Below, piece by piece: positions 45,153-57,306 of a stretch of 64,000 nt of DNA. The position numbers were made by a program, and so were the translations under genes. The stretch's first letter is position 1. Each line of letters opens with the position of its first letter. This DNA is from Asterias rubens (lineage: Eukaryota). The DNA lies in NCBI RefSeq assembly GCF_902459465.1, contig NC_047072.1, positions 12,214,001 to 12,278,000 of the forward strand, given 5' to 3'. The notes beneath the pieces are model-generated. The model was not told the DNA's origin. It worked only from the letters and a program-made list of their open reading frames with translations, and ran no database searches.

Positions 45153-47357
45153 AAAGAAAATAATACACATTTTGTTTTGCTTGCCACTATTATAGATGCG
45201 AGCTTTTTAAGCTGAATTTAACAAGGATTTGGTCAAAGGGTGAACAGATTTGATGAAAATTAAAAAACCGTGTGTCAAAGAAATGTTTCATTTATCGTAC
45301 ATTGACATGAAAATGTTGGATAAAGCAGGGTGTCCGTAAGCCACCAAGACGCCCATCTGGATATCACTAGGCCTATGAGTTCACTGCAAGGGAAGGTACA
45401 GCAGTGTACAGTGTGTCTCTAAAATAAAACCATACACTTTCAAAATGGCTGCCGAATAAAAATAAATGATTCTGGGGGAAAAGATATCGATGTATGAATA
45501 GCTTATGGACTCAACTTTCATATGACAAAAAACAAGTCCGAAAATAATTAATGATTGGGTGAGCACCGCTCACTTTTGTAAAGGGCATGAAAATTAGGTT
45601 GCGCAGTAATTAGGCTTCCAATGTGTGAGAGGTAAGTCTTTTGGAGCTTACAAAATTCACTCCAAGATGTCGGCTACTTATTCTTCAGTGAGCAGTGGAT
45701 AACCCAAGCATGAATTAGTTTCGGATTTTTTGTTGTTGTATCATTATGAAAATTGAATATAAATTGTAATTTAACCATACATCTAAACCCTTTCTCCCAG
45801 AATCATTTATTTCTATTCGGCAGCCATTTCAAAAGTGTATTTTTTTTAACACACGGTATACAACTTAAAACACACGTTGTAAATCTCCTGTCAAACGTTT
45901 AAAAACAAGGGTAAAAGTTTGACATGGCATTTGTATTTTTTGTAGGTTTTGGTTAAATCTTATTAAAAGAAAACGAGGCAAGCGCCAAAGCTGAATTACA
46001 TCGCTTTTAATTACTTCACTTTTTGGCTCAAAAATATAAGAAAGACCATTTTTGTCACGAAATATAATATAAAAACACAATGTACAAAAGATACTATAAT
46101 AAAGGAAATCAATAGACTTTTTTTAATGAAAAAAAATTTTACTTAAAAAACTGTAAAAGTTGAAGAAATTACGCATGTATAAAGGCAGATAATTGATCAT
46201 TGTTTTAAAGCATGTAGAATTAGAAGTCATAATGCCAATACAATTAATCTGCAGTAAGTTGTTTTTGTAATTTTTTCTTTTAGTTAATTCAAAATTCAAA
46301 CTGAAAGATGGCAAGAAATTCTCAATTTGCATAACTATTTTTACCACGTGTATATATATAGCCTACATAAATATATAACAAGTTTTTGTATTTTAAAATT
46401 GTTCTTTTAAAAGCAATATGACCCATACTAATAATTGCTTAAAGTTTATATTGCTGGAAATCGAGGCATTGCCCATCCGGATTCGGTCAAAAGGGTATGA
46501 AAATTCGCTGGAAATTCAAATACTGGGTGTCAAAATTGTTCTTTTACAAAACATTTACATCTAAATGAAAGTTAAAAACAGGATGTCCAAAATGTTCACG
46601 TATAACAATACATTTTCCATGTTAATGGTAGCAGGGTAGCCAAAACAGACTTGCATATCGCCCCTTTGGCTTATTCTGAAAACTGAGTGAAAAATAGCGG
46701 CCTGCATTGCCGCCCGAGCACACTTGCAGACACAATAATCCAGTTTCACTTAAAACTGTGTTTAAAATATTTTATCACAACTCGGTGAACGTTATCATCA
46801 CATTCGCCATCTTGGATGTAAGAGTCCTAAATTACATGCAGATTATAATTTGAGAGTAATGTTTTCTATTCAAACCACTTCCAAATTCAACCGAAATGTC
46901 TGTTTGGGGGCGACCCATTACTCATAATGCAGTGTGTTTCCATAAATGGAAGACGTAGATAAATGTTTCAATTGGTATAGTTTTGTCAATCGTTCAAAAT
47001 CTTGTTGCCTTTAAACCTTGACTCATTTAAGTACTAGTAGGTATAAATTTAAAAATTGTGGTTTTAATTTCTGCTCTTCCAAACATGCAAACTGCATACT
47101 TCATTTCATTGTTACTTTTCTGTTAACCAATTATCATAGCTCAGTGCGTATCTACGGTCCCACAGCCGCCATCTTTGATTATACGTACGTGAGCCTAAAT
47201 CACAATGCAGACTAAAAAAGAGTGGAATATTTTCCATTCAAATCACTTTCAAGTTCATGAATAACCGGAATGTAGGTTTGGGGGCGAGCAATTACTCACT
47301 GTGGGGTGTTTCCAAAGAACTCCGGCCCTGTATAAATGCATTGTGGCGGGAAAACCC

Positions 47358-47732
47358 TTAAAGGCACTGGACACGTTTGGTAAATACTCGAACTATTATA
47401 AACATAACAAATTACTTGGTAACGAGCAATGGAGAGCTGTTGATAGTAAAAAGCATTGTGAGAAACTGATCTCTCTGAAGTAACGTAGCTTCTGAGAAAG
47501 GGGTACTCTCTCATGGCAATCTGAGAAAGACTTTAGGCCAGAGTTATTTTCTCAGGCGTCTGAAAGCACACAATGTGTGCAACAAGTGTGTTTTTCTTTC
47601 GTTATTTTTGTGCAACTTCGATGTGACCGATTGAGCCCAAATGTTCACAGATTTGTTATTGTATGCCTATGTTGGGATACACCAAAAGACATGCTGGTCT
47701 TTGACACTTACCAAACGTGTACATGCCTTTAA
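47358..47732 (+). mobile_element. Diverged MITE family A copy
   Basis: TTAA-AGGCACTGGACAC ... TGCCT-TTAA. Confidence 0.78.
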
Positions 47733-49735
47733 AAACCAGTGTACTGTGACGTCATCAATGTGAGACAATTGTTCTGTAAGAGAATATGCATTTCACTTTA
47801 TCATTGATTTTTTTAAAGAAGTTATTTGTCTGTAAATCGTATTGTGTTTAGTGTGCATACCAACTAGAGAATAACAATCACCTCTAATAAGATTATAGGA
47901 AACTATACAGATTAATTTGTCATGAAATCTGTGCACGTTATTAAGTTTTTTGTATATATCGAGTGCAGCAAACGGTTGTTATTCGAGTTGTCTTCAAATA
48001 CTATTTTCACGATTTATGCAGGAGTTCAAATGGTTTGTCATGGGGGCTTGGTATAATGGTATGCGTTTTACAAAAGTCAGCTTTGGGGCGAGATTTTTCT
48101 CGCTTGTTTACCATTTACAATGTATATTGTTATCGAACATAAAATGTATATAACTCGCTCAACATAGGCTACTTCATATTTCAGCCTGCATTTTACAATC
48201 TTGCCCCCTGCAGTGCTAGTGATCCACAATTTTGGTTTTGAAAATAGACGCCTATTGTAATCTTTGAACAACAAAACATGTTAATGGGGGAGGGGGTTCT
48301 TTAATCTTCAAATTAGGCGAAGCAATAATATCAGACATTTTCCAACAAATTGTTTTTAAAAATATTCTTAAATTGCAAAGCATCCTTACATTGCTTAAAA
48401 TGTTCTTTCAATGAAAATATTTTCAATGAAGCTAAGTGTTTTTTTTTAAAGTTTTCCAGCCAATAAAAACACATGTATCACTCATTTCGGTCAAGTTCGT
48501 TTGATTTTTTTCTTAGTTGAATTTCATTGGCATTCAACAGTCATAGACCCCTAATGTATAAAACTCAAATTCAACATTTTAGCAATTCACAAGTGAGTTT
48601 TCAGATAGCACCTGTTTAAATTGTGTGCATTCCTTGCCTCGATTCTTATTTCTAAATGTGAAGAAAAATGTTTTAGACCTATTACAATGAAATTAGTGTT
48701 GGGTAATGTTGTTTAAAATTAGCATATAAAGTAATTTAATATTTTTGTAAGAATGAAATGTTGTTTAAAGTTTGCACTAAAGTTTGTACCTGGACATGTA
48801 CATGTACATTGCAAAAAGTTCAAAAAAAAAGTGGTGGAATTTATTTTTTTAAGCAGTCAAACTTTCTTGTTACGTGTAAAGGTTTTTTACCCCAAAGATT
48901 ATATTTTGCGATCGCGATGGAGTGATTTTGCTGGAGAAACTAGGTGAGGCTTGGGGTTGGCCAAAGGCATATCCAGACAATTCCATGGAGGACACTTTTT
49001 TTATGGGGTTGGGATGCGTGGGCTGTTTTTATCTTATCGAACCATACATTAGTGAGTCTTTTTGTTGACCGCATTTAGGGGGCAAGAGGGCACTGGATGA
49101 GAGGGCAATGGGGGCAAGAGTTAAGAGCGCAAGGGTTCTGATGTTGGTCTCTGCCCCTACCCCTGTTCCACCCGGGGCATGGTTATAGTTTTGAGACTGG
49201 GTGTGCCTTAAACATTTAAATTGAGCTGGTCTTAATGAAACGTATATTGATTGTATGATGTTTGTATACGTGTTTGGTAATAATAAATCTCGGCAGATGT
49301 AAAGCTTACAATTCAGTGAGTGTTGTTTTTAAAGGTAAACATATGAACACTTTTTGAAGACATGGTACGCGCAGGTTCGAACATGTTTTGGGGACAATTT
49401 AATTGTTCACGAACGTTACTTTAACGTATGCACACATATCACCTCGGACCAATCAAAACACAGATATGGAAAGCTTACGCCACTGCACGGTTATCCAATG
49501 AAATCCTTTTATCCATAAGAATTGGTAGTTCTGTAAAAAACAATACCTGTCTTTATCTTTGCGGGTAAAGACAGGGGCACAGTCTACACTATAGGATCTG
49601 ACCCATGACCCGGAATAAATAGAGTCCGTCCTCTCAAATTCGAATACATCCGCGTAGGAAGCTCTACTCGTGTGCGCAAGACCACTAAAATTGCAGCTAG
49701 TCAGCGGATCATAATCCAATGTTAATAATTAATGT

Positions 49736-49845
49736 TTAAAGGCACTGGACACTGTTGGTAGTTACTCAAAATAATTGTAAGCATGACAACTTTCTTGAAA
49801 AAGATCAATTATTGAGAGCTGTTGATAAAATAAAACATTGTGACT
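49736..49845 (+). mobile_element. Family A left-end fragment
   Basis: TTAA-AGGCACTGGACACTGTTGGTAGTTACTC. Confidence 0.65.
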
Positions 49846-50469
49846 CTTTCTCTACAGAGCAGCGCACGTCCCGAGTATTCGTGACAATAATATAATGCCA
49901 TCGCGCCCTCTCGTGTCAAGGGTCTCAATTTAATTTCATTTTGGGGTCGGAATAATAATTCCGCTCGATGACGGTTCGCGAGACGCGTAAAAACAAAGTG
50001 AGCAATTTGACGATCGTCACCAGAATCTCAAAGTCACGTGGTTGAATACTCAATCAATGTAAGTGCTACAACGGCTCTTCTTAAAGCCAAAACTCATCCT
50101 AAAATAGATTTATACAAAGTTGTACCCTCAAAGGTGTACCAGTTATGGTACAAAAGCGTCATCGCCTAGCGACAAAGTATGAAATAAAACTAACATGTAA
50201 AAAGTCCGTTTCAAAAGGTGGTCGCGTTTGTTAGATATCACCTAAAATCCCGAATGTCCAAGGAGAAAGAATTATCTTTAGTAAAAAACACATAATATAC
50301 TACATGTATAAGGAACGCTTCTCAGATTTGGGGCCATAAAAACTGATGTCTTTTTATTTAACCAAATTACTTTGAAGTGAAATGTTTCTCAAAATTCTCA
50401 TCGAAAGCTGCTGTACTTCGATGTAAAGTTGTTATTGCCAATTGTGACTACCAAACATATACACGCCCT

Positions 50470-51031
50470 ATAAAGGCATTTGAGACCTTTGGTAATTGCG
50501 AAAGACAGCAGCATTCCAACATTTATGCCAACCAAAACTAATTTATGACTTGACTCACTTGGTCATCGAAGTTGCAAGTTAAAGATATGAAAGAAAAGAC
50601 ACCCTTGTTGCACAATATTGTTTGTGCTATTAGATGCCTAATGATGTCAGGCCTGAGTCTTTAAATATTTGTTTGACAAATTACTTCTTTCTTTAAACTA
50701 TTTTACCTCGAAGGGAGCAGTTTCTACCATGTTTTATTCTGTCATTTGGTCGTCGAAGCTGCGTTGTCGAGATAATAATGGAAGAAGAAAAAACATAATT
50801 GTCACATGAAGTGCTTTCAGATGCTTGATTTCGGGACCTCAAAATCTAATTCTGATGTCTCGTAATCAAATTCGTGGAAAATTAATTCTTTCTGGAACAC
50901 GACATTACTTTAGAGGGAGCCGTTTCTCACAAAGGTTTATACTATCAGCAGCTCTCCATTGCCTGTACCAAGTAAGTTTTTATGCTAACTAATATTTTTG
51001 AGTAATACCAAATAGTGTCCACTGCCTTTAA
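50470..51031 (-). mobile_element. Composite of family A-related pieces ending at a TTAA shared with the next copy
   Basis: Older piece at about 50470-50745 and a younger piece at about 50746-51031 ending CCAAATAGTGTCCACTGCCT-TTAA. Confidence 0.7.
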
Positions 51032-51413
51032 AGGCAGTGGACACTATTGGTAATTACTCAAAATAATTATTGGCATACAACCTTTCTTCGTGACGAGTAA
51101 TGGGGAGGGGTTGATGGTATAAAACATTGTGAGAAACGGCTCCCTCTGAAGTGCCATAGTTTTCGAGAAAGAAATAATTTACCACGAATTTGATTTCGAG
51201 ACCTCAGATTTAGAACCTGAGGTCTCGAAATCAACCTTCTAAACGCACACAACTTCGTGTGACAAGGGTTATTTTTCTTTCATTATTATCTCGCAACTTC
51301 GATGACCGATTGAGCTCAAATTTTCACATGTTTGTTATTTTATGCATATGATCAGATACACCAACTGTGAAGGCTAGTCTTTGACAATTACCAATAGTGT
51401 CCACTGTCTTTAA
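51028..51413 (+). mobile_element. MITE family A copy (well preserved)
   Basis: TTAA-AGGCAGTGGACACTATTGG ... CCAATAGTGTCCACTGTCT-TTAA; very similar to 26759-27145. Confidence 0.92.
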
Positions 51414-51544
51414 GGATTGATACTGGTTGACCATAACAACTTTAACCCGAGCGTCAAACCCAATCAAAGAATATACAAACAAATATTTTGTTTGAGAAGT
51501 GTGACCGACACACCTCGAGGGATTTGGGTTGAGACTACGATTTC

Positions 51545-51698
51545 ATAGACCTTATCGCAAATACTAATGCGCAAGCGCAGACTGTTGAATGAGGTGCATT
51601 GTGGGATAGATATGGATCAATTTTGGATACCAGCAAGACCACAATGCACCTAATTCCAAGCTTTACGCGCGCGCCCCGGTATTTGCGAAAAGGTCTAT
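51545..51698. mobile_element. AT-flanked MITE (TIR AGACCTTATCGCAAATAC)
   Basis: AT-AGACCTTATCGCAAATAC ... GTATTTGCGAAAAGGTCT-AT. Confidence 0.7.
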
Positions 51699-51899
51699 GG
51701 ATGGAATGCTCCATTGACTTTACCGGTTGATTAGGTCATTATATCTTGCTTGTATTAGCGCGAACCGTGCATTGTAAAAAAGAACGAAGAAAAACAAAAA
51801 ATTAGCAGGTATGATCATGCCGACAGAGTGTCCTGACTCTATGGTTGGTTTGTATGGTTAAGTGGTATCCATGCAGGAAGATCCGGTGTAGATCGTGAA

Positions 51900-53375
51900 C
51901 AAACAAAATGTCTATCTTAATCTTACAAAACATTTGTTTTCTTCTTCTTGGGAATGAAAGCAACTTTCAAGAATTAGCTCAAGCAAGCCGGTCTTTACCT
52001 CTCCGATTTAAAGGCAAAGAATTAGTATACATTTGGTTTTTGGAACCGTAATTCTTTTGTTTTAATCCTATTGACCCCTTGCACGCGCGTCACACGCGGC
52101 GACCAATGCCACGCTCACCATGTTAGTGGGCAGTTAGGTTTACGTGTATTAACGCCGCGTCGCCTAAAATGCACACTTTTTACTGCATAACGCGCAGCAT
52201 AGAGTTATGAAAACGCACAGTAAAATTGCCCACCATGGCCCAATTTCATAGAGCTGCTTAAGCACAAAATTTTGCTTAAGCAAAAAAATCCTTGCTTAGT
52301 AAAATCAGATTACCGGCCAAGACTCCACTCAATTGTTATGCTAAGTAAACAACAGCTAAATACCAGTCACAAGCAATGTATATGGCATGACATTTTTGTC
52401 AGTAACAAGTGTAAAACAAGCGAGCTATTTTCGTGCTTCCATTGGACCCTTTCGGTTCAGAAAAAAAAAAGAAATTCACAGATTTACAAATAACTCACAG
52501 GGTTTACAGAAGGCAATGGTGAAAGACTTCTCTTGAAATATTATTCCATGAAATGCTTTACTTTTTGAGAAAACAGCAAAACAATATAAATTCTCGTTAA
52601 CGAGAATTACGGATTTATTTTAAACACATGTCATGACACGGTGAAACGCGCGGAAACAAGGGTGGGTTTTTCCGTTGTTTTCTCCCGACTCCGATGACCG
52701 ATTGAGCCTTTAAATGTTCACAGGTTTGTTATTTGATATAGAAGTTGTGGTACACAAAGTGTGGGCCTTGGACAACACTGTTTACCGAAAGGGTCCAATG
52801 GCTTTAAGCAGCTATGAAATTGGCCCCAGTATGGCGCATTCAAGATTTTTCTGCTGATGACGTCAGGTGAAATGGGTCAATACAAAACAAATGTAAAACC
52901 CACATTACATCTATATCTCACAAAACATTTTTTTCTTCTTCTTGGGAAGGAAAACACAAGCTCAAACTAGCCGGGTTTTTTTTACCTCGGCGTCATACAC
53001 AAACGATTTAAAGGCAAAGTTTGAACCGTTTTTCCCCTAAACAACATACATCTAAATTATTTATATATACCTTACAAAACATTTTCTTCTTGGAAACGAA
53101 AACAACTCAAAAAAATAGCTCAAGCAAGCCAGTCTTTACCTCTTCGTCATACACAGACGATAGGCAAAATATACCTTTGGTTTTTGAAACCGTTTTTTGT
53201 TTTAATCATATACAAAATGTAAGAAAAACAAATGTCTATATCTTACAAAACATGTTCTTCTTTGGGAATGAACACAACTTTCAAGAATTAGCTAAAGCAA
53301 GCCGGTTTTTACCTTTGCGTCATACACAAACGATTTAAAGGCAGTGTATTTGTTTAACCGTTCGATGGTTTTAAT
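51900..53375. repeat. Degenerate ~150-170-bp tandem array (about 4 units) interrupted by nested MITEs at 52070-52881
   Basis: Repeated CTTACAAAACAT...CTTCTTGGGAA...GCTCAAGCAAGCCGG...TTTACCT...CGATTTAAAGGCA units on both sides of the insertion. Confidence 0.75.
52070..52881. mobile_element. AT-flanked MITE containing a family D MITE (52234-52829), which contains a TTAA-type MITE (about 52437-52807)
   Basis: AT-TGACCC...GGGTCA-AT; GGCCCAATTTC...GAAATTGGCCC-CAG; CCATTGGACCCTTTCGG...CCGAAAGGGTCCAATGGCT-TTAA. Confidence 0.75.
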
Positions 53376-54114
53376 AATTTTATAAGTATACAAGTAACAT
53401 GTGGGAAAATTTTATTTCAAAAGGTGGTCACGTGTTTGAGATTTTGCCGCAAAAATCCGGAGCGAGTTTAACTCACGAGCCTCGAAGTGTGACGTCAGAT
53501 GTTCACGTTAGTCGAGATCGTACACCGCTGGGAACGAGGTTGTCGGCATGGGGATTTAAAATTACCCACAGGCGTTTTGTTTTTCTTTTCATCAAAATTG
53601 CCAACCTCATAAACGTTCCAGCTGTTATTTTAAAGAATCGATTAAGAAAAACAAATTTCCACATGGAAAAGCACTACGAGTGCAATAAGTGGCAATTTTG
53701 ATGTAGGCCTATACATAAAGAAATTGCTACCCGCAGAGAGCTGATCACGCAGGTTAATATTATGCAATGAACACAAAACCATCAAATTGCATTTGCTGTC
53801 AAGTTAATTATTAATCAGAAATGAGCAAACTTTAACACGAACGTCATATCACGATCCGTGCCTTCACCTATCCGCGTCGTTATTAAAAATGTAATGAGTC
53901 CTGACGGATGATGTATTTAAAAGGAACCACGTAAAGGGCACGAAGGTTTCACTTTTTCTGGATTTAAAGTCAACTCGAGGTTGGACACAATAATTATCTC
54001 AAGTGAAGGTGTCAGGAACATTTTTGGGCGCATGTCATTTTACTACCAGCTTAATTGCTGTTACAGGTATGTACCCGACACATTATTTTGTATGATAGTT
54101 TATTGCTTTATTTG

Positions 54115-54675
54115 CTATTGGTAGTTACTCAAAATAATTGTTAGAACAACAACTTACTTGGTAACGAGCAATGATGAGCTGTTGATAGTATTTTGTGAGA
54201 ACAACTTAATTGTAAGCAAAACAACTTACTTGGTAACGAGCAATGATGAGCTGTTGATAGTATATTGTGAGAACAACTTAATTGTAAGCAAAACAACTTA
54301 CTTGGTAACGAGCAATGATGAGCTGTTGATAGTATATTGTGAGAACAACTTAATTGTAAGCAAAACAACTTACTTGGTAACGAACAATGGAGAGCTGTTG
54401 ATATTAACGTCTCCCTCTGAAGTAACGTAGTTTTTGAGAAAGAAGTAATTTCTCACCAAAATATTTGAATCGAATTCGAAACCTCAGCTAGGGTCTCGAA
54501 TTCAACCATCTGAAAGCACACAACTTGTGCGACAAGGGTATTTTTTCTTCCATTACTCTCTTGCAATTTCGACGACCATTTGAGTTAAAAATGTCACAGG
54601 TGTGTTCTTTTATGCATAGTTGAGATACACCAAATGAGAAGACTTGACTTTGACAAACCAACTGACTGCCTTTAA
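54115..54675 (+). mobile_element. Family A MITE with an internal 72-bp tandem amplification (about 3.6 copies, 54148-54403)
   Basis: AACTTACTTGGTAACGA recurs at 54151, 54223, 54295 and 54367. The element ends GACTGCCT-TTAA. Confidence 0.85.
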
Positions 54676-55110
54676 CGGCGCCGGCGTACATTGCCTATTA
54701 AAAACTGCTCGGGCTATAGTAAACACCATGCCCCTTCACTTTTGCCCTATGGGCTACTAAAAACTGTGCAACCTACTTGTTTAAAATGCTTATTTCTTCA
54801 TTCACAGAGATGATTAATACATGTTTTAAATGTGTTAATTTACTTTTGAGTGTTTGAGTGTGACTTTATTTGCCTATTATCCGGTTGTGATTGCTAAAAA
54901 CGGGGATACTAAAAACTTCCTGAGGGCAAGTAAAAACCCAGCCCGGTTGGCTACTTAACACAAAGCTTAAGAGCAAGGCCTGCTTAAAACATACCTGTTG
55001 CCCGAGACTCATTCCACTTGCTAAATGAAGACTAACAGTGGTACCCCATAATTCAACACAAAATGTAGTTGCATAAAACAAACACCTTGTGGTCTGACTG
55101 TGACCTATAA

Positions 55111-55464
55111 TGTCGTGGCCGAGCGGTTATTAAAGAGCACCGAATGCAAACTCTGGTGTTTCTGATCAGCAGTGTGAATTCGAATCCCCCAGTCGGACAC
55201 TTGTGTCGGACACTAATAACCATTGCTTCGTCCCTTGGATGGGACGTAAAGCCGTTGGTCCCATGTGTTGTGTATCGAACGTAAAATAACCCATTGCACT
55301 TATACAAGAGAAGGGGTTCGCCCAGTGTTCCTGGCTGTGGCTGCTGTAAGCGCCGTAGCACCTTGTAAACTCTTTTAAGGTGCTACATAATTCGGTCTCA
55401 GAATTCATAACTTCAATAACCTATCTTCTGTATGTTTGTATATACTAAGCGCATTGAGTACCTT
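55111..55464 (+). mobile_element. tRNA-derived SINE, near full length
   Basis: A-box TGGCCGAGCGG (55116-55126) and B-box-like AATTCGAATCC (55177-55187). The body matches 56783-57154. Confidence 0.8.
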
Positions 55465-56571
55465 AACGATAATTCTCAAATTGATTTGAATTTTATTTGT
55501 AAGCACGAGTTATCTTGCATCGTGTTTAAAAAGAGATACTGTCCTATATTTACTTGTTTCTCTAAACAAACTAACGACAATTCCCAAAGTTCACTGGAGT
55601 GACTGGCTGGCTTATCTACTATTCCAGTACCAATATTAACAGGTCATATTTAATTTAAGGTAATTAATTACCAATTGACGTAACATATCTGGTTTGATTT
55701 ATGACATAAGGGGCTATTAGTGTAGGTACTCCACACATAACACCACTTGGTAATCAAACGGTACAATAAAAACGTACATGATCTCTTACTTATCGGTGAG
55801 CCATCACTAAGCATTCTGAGTGTTCTAGCCTTGGAGTACTCATCTATGCTCTTGTGGCAATAAGTCAGCACTGGAGATGCTAAGCAACCACTACATGTAC
55901 AGCCGTGAGAAATTATTGTCCATTGCGGCCCCAAACCGTCACTTCTTTGACGTCTTGAAAACAACATCACCGCGCACACTGCAGTTATAATTAACTATTG
56001 GCATTAACATGAACTATAAAATAAGGTCAGTTTGTCAAAAGGTCTCGTAACTACTGGTGTCCTTGGAGACGACGTGGAATATTAAGATGGATTCAGAACT
56101 TTGTTTGCGCTTCGTGACGCAGCAGTGATGTATTCTTTTTATTTTGTTGAAATGGTTTTGATGCATTTTGTAGCAAGTTTTGGGCAATGACATAGATCCC
56201 TACTCACTGTGATTGAAAATCTGTGTAATAAAATTTACCGGTAGAAGTTTCAATCTTTAGTCGTTCGTCAAGTTCTTGATGGAAAAAAGGTGAAATCACT
56301 GTGCGATGTTTTCAGGGGAGACTGGTATTAAACCAGTACTGGTAATTACGTTGAACACTATTCTACACTAATTATTGTTGTCTCCTGAGACGAGAATTAT
56401 TTTCGTGACAATGTTTTACTAATTTCTCAAAAACTACATCACCTCAGCAAGTAATATTTTAAGGGAAGCTTTATCATCATTAGCCTATTATCAAACCGTG
56501 TAAGTTTCATTTAAACTGTGGATATTGTGTTTTGTGTCCCACAAAAAGATGTGGTGTATTGACGAAATTGT

Positions 56572-57306
56572 TTAAAGACTCTGGACACTATTGGTAATTG
56601 ACAAAGACCAGTCTTCTCACTTGGTGTATCTTAACATATACATAAAATAACAAACCTGTGAAAATTTGAGCTCAATTGATCGTTGAAGTTGCGAGATAAT
56701 AATGATAGAAAAACACCCATGTCACACGAAGTTGTGTGCTTTCAGATGCTTGATTTCGAGACCTCAAATTCTAAATCTGAGGTTTCTGATCAGCAGAGTG
56801 TGGGTTCGAATTTCCAGCCGTGACACTGTGTCCTTGAGCAAGACACTTAACCATTGCTTCGTCCTTCGGATGGGACGTAAAGCCGTTGGTCCCATGTGTT
56901 GTGTAACGCATGTAAAAGAACCCAGTGCACTTATCGAAAAGAGAAAGGGTTCGCCCCGGTGTTCCTGGTTGTGGCTGCTTAATGCGCCGTAGCACCTTGT
57001 AAACCCTTATAAGGTGCTAAACAATTGGGTCCCAGAATTCATCACTGCAATTACTTATCTTTCTGAAAGTTTGTATATACTCAGCGCCTTGAGTACCTTG
57101 TTTGGTAGATACGTGCGCTATATAAGACTTCGATATTATTATTATATTATTATTAAATCAAATTCGTGAAAATTACTTCTTTCTCGAAAACTACGTTACT
57201 TCAGAGGGAGCTGTTTCTCACAATGTTTTATACTATCAACCTCTCCCCATTACTCGTTACCAAGTAAGGTTTTATGCTAATAATAATTGTGATCCACTGC
57301 CTTTAA
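56572..57306 (-). mobile_element. Family A MITE interrupted by a SINE
   Basis: TTAA-AGACTCTGGACAC ... CCACTGCCT-TTAA. The host halves rejoin as CTGAGGT..-AAATCAAATTCG. Confidence 0.82.
56783..57154 (+). mobile_element. 5'-truncated tRNA-derived SINE with LINE-like tail and (TAT)n end
   Basis: B-box GGTTCGAAT, GTGTCCTTGAGCAAGACACTT motif, and tail GCGCCTTGAG...GCGCTATATAAG...TATTATT. Lacks the A-box present at 55116. Confidence 0.85.

Noticed and set aside
54148-54403. CRISPR-like regular repeats
   Set aside because: Units are contiguous with no unique spacers, the context is eukaryotic, and there are no cas genes.
54141-54430. ORFs with 24-aa repeats
   Set aside because: Artefact of the 72-bp tandem duplication within a MITE.
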